Source: a virus. Taken from it: a stretch of 64,000 nt of DNA. Positions 28,282-38,200 of this stretch are shown here, piece after piece (the first letter of the stretch is position 1; every line of letters starts with the position of its first letter). Where the stretch lies: positions 44,575 through 108,574 of the IMG/VR virus record IMGVR_UViG_3300019850_000208; one strand, 5' to 3'. Position numbers and translations under genes: made by a program. A model generated the notes under the pieces. That model did not search any database. It worked only from the letters and a program-made list of their open reading frames with translations, and was not told where the DNA came from.

Positions 28282-30998
28282 TAAATAATAACCTTCTTAT
28301 AGCGCCAGTCGTAAATAATATCTGTTTCATACCAACTTTGGACTACCTGAGAATTGACATTTATGGCTGTTATTACTCCCGCTTCAGTTGTGGAATAATC
28401 AATATTCAATGATTGTAAAATGCCGCTGCTATTAATCATATTGTAAACATAATATGCATATTCATTGGTGAAATTGAATTTAAATTGCGTTGACACTATA
28501 TCGTAAATATCATGTTCGATGCGTGCTGGACCATCAAGCTTGAATACTGTTACAAAATCACCATTTTCTCTTGGTGTATTAAATGTGATTGTGGAGCCAC
28601 TAGCTTCATAATAATCTCTTGAAGCATCACCGGTATACCTATTGCCCTCAATTTGCATCACGCCATTTGTAAAAACCATCAAATGCTCATGATCATTTGT
28701 ATAGGCACCGATGTTAAATGTGCTTTGGCTCCCTGCACTTATATAATCATTTCTGTGAAATGTTAATGTATCTTCATTTATTACGACTATTTTTATTATG
28801 TCATTAATATGAACATCTGATACAAAATGTACCGTTGTCTGTTCACCAGCGGATGAAACTGTGTAATCATTTGTCGGCCCTCTTTGCTGCAATATGCCAT
28901 TTGCAAATACTAGAAGGTGATCATCTAAATTGACCGGAGGACTCATATCAATGGTAAAGTCTTTCATTAGTTTATTGGCCTGGAATATAAATTCAAACGC
29001 GCCAAGAACACTGCCATCCGGATCTATGTGTAAAATGTCCAGGTAATCTCCCGCCTCCCTGGCCTGGATAAATCTTACAAATGATTGTAAAATATTTACA
29101 CGCCCTGGCTCAATTCGCGTATTTTTTAGATAGGCATTTAACAGATCTTGAGTGGATGAGGTATAATCATAGGTGTTAATATTTAAAATGCCATTTGAAA
29201 ATACTATCAAAGAATCTGATTGCAGATGAACAGGATTCAGCTGAAAAGCCGCCTGCCCTTGAGTGGCCGTGAAGTCTTGGACTTCAAATTGATCACTTCC
29301 AGCAAATTTAAAAGCCGAGATTGTATCTTCCGCTTCGCGAGGAGAATTAAAGGTAAAAGTCGTAGTATTAGTCTCTATATAATCCGAGCTAGCTCCTCTG
29401 GTCATGCATATGCCATTGCAGAACACAAGCAGATGAGAACCATCTGCCGTATATACGGGCAGCGTAAAAACCGTCTGACTCGGAGTAGAGGTCCAATCAT
29501 AACGAACTACATTAGCCCCCACAGAATCTTGGATTATATATATTTGAACTACATCTCCCTGCCCCCTGGCACTATTGAATGAGACCGTAAATGGCGCCGG
29601 CGGTCCGGTTGCATTAACTATGGTATAATCAGACGATTCTTTCTGTAAAACACCATTTGAGAATACCCAAACTTGATTATTGCTGTCGCTTGGTTCACCT
29701 ATAGGAATATCAAAATTGTTTGTTGGCGCTCCAACCTGGAAGTTGAAATCTATTATATGCTGTGTTGATGGATTGTCATAAAATAATCCGGAGCCCGGAT
29801 TGAAAGTTACAACTTTCACTTTATCATTCAAATCCCTGGGCTCAAATAAGAAGATCGTAGTTATTTGATTAGATGATATCAGATTAGGATCTTTGCCAAC
29901 ATATAATTGTTTTGATTCGATATTATTAACACTATCATCCAAATAGTATATAAGTTCAGATGTTGTCGTGCTACTGTCTCTCAATATATAATCCAAGTAA
30001 ATAGATATCTTTCTTCCGGAGAATATGCCTGTTACCATATGCCATTCATTTTCCGGCAGCAAATCAAGATCAAAACTGGCCCGGGCGAATGAACCATCAA
30101 ATAGATGTACAGCAAATTCAATAACACCTGCGGGACTTTTCCATAGCTTATATCCAGAAGTGGCGCAGCCAATAATGGTTTGTGCCAAACCAATATGATA
30201 ATGTGTAAATTTCACCCATGTAGAAATAGCTATTTGATCTTCTGGGAAGAATGCAGGATAGGTTTCAAAGTCCGAAAGTTTGAGATAGCCGTCTCCCCTG
30301 TTTCCGGATTGGTCATACCAGGCGCTAGCATGATTTCCGCTTTCCAGTTGTATGCCTGTTATGTCGATATAACCATCAAAATTTATGCTGAACTGAATAA
30401 ATTGTGTTGTAGCCCCGCCTCCGGTTGTGAAACTAACTTCGCCCCGCGTCCAGCTATCCGTTAAATTAAACTCTTCATTATCTAAATATTTTCCATCGAC
30501 AGTATCTTCAACTGTGACTTTCAATTTTCCAGTTTCGGTATTTGTCGCGGTTCGGTAATAAAAAGACAAAGTATATTCAGATAGTGGAGGCATGAAAGCG
30601 TAAGTGTCAGTTTTAAGAATAACGGCATCAGTTATATCTTGATCACTCTGTAATCTCACCATATAGAAGGCTTGATTTGTTGGGCTATCTGCAACTAATG
30701 TTGTCGCAAAATCATTGGAAGTATTTGTGATGATATTCCAGCCACTCAAATCGGTAAATCTCGTATTGACACCATTAGATTCTAAAGAGTTCCGCGTATC
30801 CTCCTCGACAGCCAGGACATAACCACCAGTTTTGTTCTCTAAGCCAACTAAACTATAAACACCATTCAGTGCTGGGTATTTTCCATCAGCGGATATTACA
30901 TCGTGCCACGGATAAAAAATGGTAGTTGGATATACAGAAAGCACTTCTGAGCTTAAATTCAGATAGCTATCTTTATGTGCTGTAATTTCTCTTGGCAT
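28281..30998 (-). CDS. CBM-like + LamG + VFxNG-repeat tail protein
   Basis: 905 aa; YTLSFYYR...GIQLESG; ISTWVKF...WHMVTG...IYLD; five to six VFxNG...DY modules. Confidence 0.7.
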   Translation of the reverse strand: MPREITAHKDSYLNLSSEVLSVYPTTIFYPWHDVISADGKYPALNGVYSLVGLENKTGGYVLAVEEDTRNSLESNGVNTRFTDLSGWNIITNTSNDFATTLVADSPTNQAFYMVRLQSDQDITDAVILKTDTYAFMPPLSEYTLSFYYRTATNTETGKLKVTVEDTVDGKYLDNEEFNLTDSWTRGEVSFTTGGGATTQFIQFSINFDGYIDITGIQLESGNHASAWYDQSGNRGDGYLKLSDFETYPAFFPEDQIAISTWVKFTHYHIGLAQTIIGCATSGYKLWKSPAGVIEFAVHLFDGSFARASFDLDLLPENEWHMVTGIFSGRKISIYLDYILRDSSTTTSELIYYLDDSVNNIESKQLYVGKDPNLISSNQITTIFLFEPRDLNDKVKVVTFNPGSGLFYDNPSTQHIIDFNFQVGAPTNNFDIPIGEPSDSNNQVWVFSNGVLQKESSDYTIVNATGPPAPFTVSFNSARGQGDVVQIYIIQDSVGANVVRYDWTSTPSQTVFTLPVYTADGSHLLVFCNGICMTRGASSDYIETNTTTFTFNSPREAEDTISAFKFAGSDQFEVQDFTATQGQAAFQLNPVHLQSDSLIVFSNGILNINTYDYTSSTQDLLNAYLKNTRIEPGRVNILQSFVRFIQAREAGDYLDILHIDPDGSVLGAFEFIFQANKLMKDFTIDMSPPVNLDDHLLVFANGILQQRGPTNDYTVSSAGEQTTVHFVSDVHINDIIKIVVINEDTLTFHRNDYISAGSQSTFNIGAYTNDHEHLMVFTNGVMQIEGNRYTGDASRDYYEASGSTITFNTPRENGDFVTVFKLDGPARIEHDIYDIVSTQFKFNFTNEYAYYVYNMINSSGILQSLNIDYSTTEAGVITAINVNSQVVQSWYETDIIYDWRYKKVII

Positions 30999-31000
30999 GC

Positions 31001-32248
31001 TTATACCTGTCCAACATAGTAATATGGATTATACAATGGCATTTCATTTATATATAAGTGCTCTATCAGCGCATCATCAAAAACTCTTGAACTGATTATA
31101 ATATCATTGATATATCCATTAATGAAGTCTTCTTCGAACCATGTTCCGATATAGAATTGAGAAGATGCTCTGAATTGCAGCTTACGACTTTCAGTTATAT
31201 CATCATCCTGAATTCCATTTATATACAATTTGTAATTAATACCGTCATACGTCATCATTACATGAAACCATGCTCCTGTGCCGACATTATATGATGAGTT
31301 TATATTAAAAAGCTGATTTGTATGATCTGCGCCCTGCACTATAATTTTGTTATTGTTTATGTTATCCGTAAATGCCACAAGTCTATAAAGTGCATTGTAA
31401 TCATTACAGATGCTGAACAATGCATTTCTGGGCCCATCGAAATTTTTAATATAGAACCACCCACCTATTGTAAAACTATCCGGCGAAAAATAGGAATTGC
31501 TATAAGATAATATACCTTCATTTCTTGTTCCACTTGTCCAGGAAGTTGCAAATTCATGCAATTCTATTTGTGGATGAAATATAAGCAATTTAGTCGCATC
31601 TGCTGATGTTTCAATATGGAATTGTCTTATCTGCCCGCCAGAAGCCAGATCTGATGGTTTAATGGTATAAGGAGCTGATTCTACAAAGAACCAATTGCCG
31701 CCTGGAATGGTAATATAGTTATCATAATTATGTCCTGTTTCCGTTGAGTATATTGAAAATCTAATAGCAGTCGCATCAGTACTAACCCAACATGATTGAA
31801 CTATAGTATCGCCTGCTATAACACCAGAAATAAAATTTTGGCTATAACTTTTGGCAACCTGCGCCCCAAATCCATCATTGCGCAATGTTTTTTCTGTAGT
31901 TCCAGCGAAATTGGCAGGTTTATAAATATCGTTCTCATCTATTGTGCCGCCCCCTGGTACCGTAGACCAGTTTGTGCCAAAATTAACAGTATCCAAAAAT
32001 GCGCTATCGGTAATTTTATTGCTTGTTTCGGCTTCAATTGCCATTGAACTCTGCCCAAAGCGCCCAATACCAAAATACGGAGTAGTCACATTATTGCTGG
32101 GATACATCTCATGCCCTTTGCCATCAACGGCGATGGCAGTTCCATCGCTGCTGAATAATAAATCATTCGGTTCGATAACAGTAGGATAGCCTTTTAAGAT
32201 ACCTAAAGTGTCTCTGTGTGCCAGTGTAACTCTAAATTTTTCTATCAT
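31001..32248 (-). CDS. CBM-like + LamG (concanavalin-like) tail protein
   Basis: FTIGGWF...WFHVMMTYDG...KLYING...FINGYINDIII LamG signature. Confidence 0.75.
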   Translation of the reverse strand: MIEKFRVTLAHRDTLGILKGYPTVIEPNDLLFSSDGTAIAVDGKGHEMYPSNNVTTPYFGIGRFGQSSMAIEAETSNKITDSAFLDTVNFGTNWSTVPGGGTIDENDIYKPANFAGTTEKTLRNDGFGAQVAKSYSQNFISGVIAGDTIVQSCWVSTDATAIRFSIYSTETGHNYDNYITIPGGNWFFVESAPYTIKPSDLASGGQIRQFHIETSADATKLLIFHPQIELHEFATSWTSGTRNEGILSYSNSYFSPDSFTIGGWFYIKNFDGPRNALFSICNDYNALYRLVAFTDNINNNKIIVQGADHTNQLFNINSSYNVGTGAWFHVMMTYDGINYKLYINGIQDDDITESRKLQFRASSQFYIGTWFEEDFINGYINDIIISSRVFDDALIEHLYINEMPLYNPYYYVGQV

Positions 32249-32251
32249 ATC

Positions 32252-35200
32252 TTAACTCATCGTGATGCCGGATGTTATTGGAATTTGTTCGCTTATCGTG
32301 ACAAATACAATAATTTTGCCATCATTAGGATCAATCCAATTGCTAGGATTAATATCATTTGTTGTTATCATGGTGTTTTCATCATCAAGTTTTACAACTA
32401 ATGTGTTTGCATTGCTCAATACCGGATCCCAATACACATGCCTTAATGGGCTTGAGGTTCCGATGCTCACAACCATACGCTCTTGTGGTATATTGAGATT
32501 ATGATTAATACTTGCCTGTGTATGGCCCGGCGCGCCTGATACACGTCCATTAAATACTAATTTATAACTCTGCATATATCTGATGCCATTGGAGCTATTG
32601 TTATTATGTAGAGCAAATTCGGATATAATAATCGGTGATGGTTCAACTGCGCCTGTGCCTGATTGATCCTTTGTTATTTTTACGCAATCTTGCGCTCCTT
32701 GATTGTCATTCAGATCTACTAAGGCTGATTCTATTACGTTTGCAACGAGAGGCGAGGCTGAGTTCGGCTCACTTTCATTTGTCAAATGAGCTTTTCGGAA
32801 ATAGAGCTCCGCATTTTGATCGATTCTAAGTGTCTGCCATGTATCATTGTTCACAGAGAAATACACACTGTTAGCGTCCATTCCTGGCTCAATATGACCG
32901 CTCTTACTTAATTGAAGGTTATATTTCTGAACGCCTCCAATTTTGCCACTGAATACGGTTATTTCACTATTATCAACAATACTTTCTATGTAATTTGGTC
33001 TTACCGCATTCATTCTTAATGAACCTAGTGAACCTCCACTGTTATAAACTTGCAATTCTACATTGCTGTTTGGATCATTCTCAGTTCTCAATACCATACT
33101 ATCAACAAGAGTGTCATTATTGATATATATACCATCCTGAGCGAAAACTTTGATTGCGCTTTTACCATTCTCAAATGTTATTGAAGCCTCTTTCGCTGGA
33201 TTGGCGATAGGTGCGGCAATAATAACTTTTCGTAATCTTAAATCCTGTGTTTCATGAGGAATTTCATAATTTGTCAAATCTATAGTGGTCTTCGCAAAGC
33301 TTTCATTTTGATGTTGAATGCTGGCAGAGGAAGCTCCCGATGTTATTACTTCTATATAGACTGTAATTTGATCAACTTCATTATTTTCATATATTATTCT
33401 AAATAATTGGTCGGTGTAAGAAGTGGTAATTTGAAATTCATTACTGTGATGCTCCACTTCAGTTAGGTCATGCAGTTGAGCTACAGTATATATCCTTGCA
33501 TATAACGGAGTGGTTGAGCTTTTGAGTTGCAGTTGCAGTGTCCAGGTTCCTTCTGAATGCTGATACATAGGTGTCGGATTATTGTCCGATTTGGTTATTA
33601 TAGTGTAAATTGAATTATCAATACCTGTGCCAGTGCCGGAATTAACACTCCAGGAGGCACCTGCAAGTACATTGTCACCATATAGTATATCAAATTTGCT
33701 AAGTTCAATTAAATCCCATTCATCATTCACCTCATTCCATATAAATGATGAATCGTATGTCTCTTCATCCGGTTGTCTATAGGATTTAAGACCAGACTGA
33801 GCTGGACTTGATATATTTGGTATTCCTATCCAATTTCCGTCTTCATCAAATTCCTGTATTCTATTGACTTCAACTATATTGTCTTCAATGATCATCTTGC
33901 TAACATTGTTGATAACCTCGGTACCCATTACATACAGATCCCCTTCAACAAACATATCATTAAGCCTCATGTCGGCATACGCTCCTGTGGTGCCATTTAT
34001 AAGCTCTGTTTCATTACCGAGAGTTATTATATTATCGAATACCGGAATATTATTCGCATCCAAAAATGGGAGTCTTTTGTTAATCCAAAGTTTGGCTTTG
34101 TCGTAGTTAATAGATGTATTTTCAACTCTAAATTCTGATAAAAATCCCTCCGCTATAATTTCACGCCATGTAACGGTTTCGGTGGCCGGATTGTATGATT
34201 GTTTAAGCCAACCACCACCAATTTGAATTTTTTCAGTTAAATTTTCAACAAAATTAGGATCGATAATTATTAATTTACTGATAGGATCTTGATCATCAAG
34301 AAAGAGCGTCATCAAGAACTGCCAGTTGTTAAATCCATCAGAGAATCTGGCTTCATCAGGATACATTTCATCCAATCGCTGCCATGTAATCAAAAATGTG
34401 TGAAATAACTGCAGATCTTCATTGTTATCGTATTTTAATCTTGTTTTATTGTCTGTGCTGTTTGTATCAAGAGCATAGCTTCTATACTTGAAGTTTATAT
34501 CGCCCTGTTGAATATTCATTTGGCGCGCATAAAATACAACTTTGAATGAGTTGTAGTAATTGCCACCTTCTGCTGGCCATCTAGGATAAGGATTTGTATC
34601 TGTGCCTAAATTATAAAAGTCATCTTTTGCTAAAGCTTCCTGCGTGTTGTAGTTTTTTGCATCATAAATAACCTGGAAGTAGTTTTCAGTGTCAGTTATG
34701 CTTCTGCTATCGAAGACAACAATACTCGAATTATCAACTTCATTTAAATTGTAACGCCATAGTGGTTTGAATTTAAAATACATAGAACCAGCCAGGCCAT
34801 TTAATGGAACTGGATATGTAATTCTCTCGCCAATTCTCGCTGCACTCTGATAGAACTTAGTTGTATCTATTCCAGTTCTATAAAATCGTGAACCTGATAG
34901 ATAGAGATTTAACTTGGCTTTATAATTGCCAGCAAAGAAGTGCGTACCGCCTACATATCTAGGGTCTCCTCCGCCAAACTCATCTGACTCGTCCCAGCCA
35001 GATATGATTATCTCTATTCTTTTCGGTATTATAGCAGCTTCAGTGGTAACACTGATAAGATTCAATTTATCCTCTATTAGATCATCCGAGCTGCCTGTGT
35101 ATGCTCTTGTTGTGCTGTAGTACTGCTCGCCTGTTGCCCCTTCCTCATCATAATATACTCTTAATTCAATATAACTTGATGAGCTGGCATTGTAAGCATT

Positions 35201-38200
35201 TTCCAAGAAATACCAGATATCAAATCTATAAATGTCTTTTGGCAATGTGGGATTACTGGAACTATCCAGGAAGCTTTGACTTATTGTCATATTTCTATTG
35301 ATTTGCAAGGCATTCTTATTATCAAACGCCACACCAGTACTTTTCGCACTTATTACATAAAGACCCCTTGGAATCCCAGGATTATCCGGTAGGCCATCTG
35401 CTCTCCACTTTCTGACGCCGTATTCATCTACCAATGATAAGCCAAAGTAATCGGGTGTATATTCCCACCAGACCTTGAACTCAGATTCGCTGTCATAAAA
35501 TTCCTGCTCATCAAACTCCCCTGGAAAATCTGCGAACTCGATCAAGTTCTCACTTGTTATTTCCTCGATAGTTGAATTTTGGACAGCACTTGTTGGATCG
35601 CCAGGAACTTTAGGCTCTGGAATAAATTTGCCATTGGAAGACACAAAGCTTCTTGAAAATGGAAAATATGCTGCTGTGTCGGATTTAATACCAATGAAAT
35701 AATCCCATAATTGCAGCTTAGTAATATAATATCGTTTATCATAAATATCATTTAGGAAGTAATCTTGTTGACTCACATTCATTGTATACATTTTGATAGC
35801 TGCTGTTGTAGGTACATAGCCTTCCCACACATGCTGTCTGGTTATGGTGCCACCGCTTCCTGATATAGCATCTTCGAGAGCTGTTTCATCAAATATAGAT
35901 GGATTTGGTTCTTGAGGCGCGCCTTCTTCTGGCTCACCCATTGTAATAGATGTTACAAAGCCTTCTTCATCCCAATTCTCATTCAGCTGAATTATATCAA
36001 CTCTTGGAATGCTAAATTTATAGCTTGAATAAATTGGATGTATTCTCTGATTCCTACTATAGGCTATTATATGAAACTTTTCAGTCCATACATGCGCAGA
36101 AATAAAATCGGTTACATAATCATATGGCTTCAAATTATATTTAATGCCGGTTATAGGGGTATTAAAATTGACATTGGTATCATCTATGCCTTTGAATATT
36201 TTAGTATAAATAAAATCGCAGAACAGCTCATAGTTAGCCTCCAACACACTTCCTGGAAGGTTAATTGTAGCAGTTCTATCTTCTATATTGAGGTCTTTAT
36301 ATCCTTCTTCAGACCCTGCTACTTCTTCATAGATTTTGAAGTATTTATACTCAATATATACTTGTTGATCTGGTTCAATTCTTCCATAACCGGTCATTTC
36401 GTATAGTGGATTTGGCTTCCTTTTTATTTTACCATAGTTAGGGCTGTTAGGATCGTATTCTATTTCATAGTCTCTGCCCTCTATATAGTCTACTCTACTG
36501 TTAGGCGCATTCCTAACAAATACTGAGCCCTTTATAAGTCTTATTTTGTCTTTATTGACATCTTGTAATAATGCGTTTGAGATGAACGTATGCCATTGAG
36601 GTGAAGCCGGATCGGTAAGTTGGATAATATTGTCTGATGCTGGAATTTTTATAATAGCTCTAAATGTCAATGGAACATTACTATCATCATAAAGAGATAC
36701 ATAATCGCTGGAGCTAGCTTCAACTTCTGAATGAACCTTAAATAATCTGGATTTACTGCCTGCCCACACCGTACCATGCGAATCTTGGAAGAAAGTAAAA
36801 AAATCGGTGCCATATGCTGTGTTATAAAGCATTAATTGGTCAATATAATATAATCCCTCATTGCTGGATAGATAATCTATTACATCCTCATCAATAGTGT
36901 TGGTTGAGTTTCCATCAACAGTATCTATGCCGGAGTTAATACCACCATCAGGCCTTGATGGATATTCTTCATCAGCAGGAGCTCCTGGAGGGTATGTATA
37001 TCCAGGCTCATCTTTCTGACCGCCATATTCGCCCTTTATGTCTCTTTCGCCGCCCAATATTATATGATCATTAAATGAAATCATATCGTTTATGGAGCAT
37101 GCATGTTTAGATGGTGTAAAATCCGTTTCATCAATGCCGCCGGAATTAAATTCTTTTGCTACCGCACCTTCTTCAAATCTCGCGGCATCTATTCCTATAT
37201 CAACTGCTGTTGTCGCTTCAACATATACCCTTGCCTGAACAATAGCAGTGCTAGAGAATGTTGCAGATACGCTATATCTGTTCCAGACATTCTGTGATGT
37301 AATAGATATTGTTGAGCTTTGGCTATCTAGCACATTTATTCCGGTACCATCGAGGCCTTCTATGCCAAATGTCACACTGGCAGAGCTGGCGTTTAAATTA
37401 TCCATATAGATGGAAAAAGTGAAAGTTTTGGATTCAATTGCTGTTATGCCCAATCCACCAGCTGGTGCATAATTCTGAAAGACTCTTAGGCTATTGGCCG
37501 CCGGATTGTGAATCTGGCCCTTGTAAAGATTAAATTTGCCATTTTCTGTCTTGGTAAATGTTCCACTGCCTAATTGAGTTGACCAATTGGTGGGTGGAAC
37601 TCCAAGTTCGAAATCAGCATTTTTTAGAAGATTACCTATTTTCCATGTTGTACTCTCATAAAGATTAATTCTTTGATATGCAAAACTTTCGTGATCGCCC
37701 TCATTATTTCCATCAATTAATCTCCACAGTTCATTATCGTCAACCGTATGATGGCCAAAATCATCATCCCAATCAGATGCAGATATCTCATTATCTAATT
37801 CAACGAGCATATAGATATTTGAATCCTGTTGAGATTTGTGTTTAATGAATTTTTTTATGGTGCAATAATTATTAGAGAAATCTGGCGCAAACTGTACATC
37901 GCCACTTCCATCAAGAACGAAGTTTGTATAATTATCATCATGATGGAATTCTCTTCCTGAATTGAAATCTCTATCGCCATAATAATAAATACCTTTATTC
38001 TGAGTGCCAATAATAAGAGTTTGGACAAATCCAGCTCCATATTTGGAAACTTCGGTAAAAGCCGTAACTTTTGTAAATGAAATAGGTGGCGACTCTGTTC
38101 CAAGATCTTCGATTGTTACATTTGAAGGAATTCCACCAATGTGCTTTAAAAGTCTAAAGCCCTGATCCGTGCCAATCGCGAGCTGATTTGTAGCCTGCCA

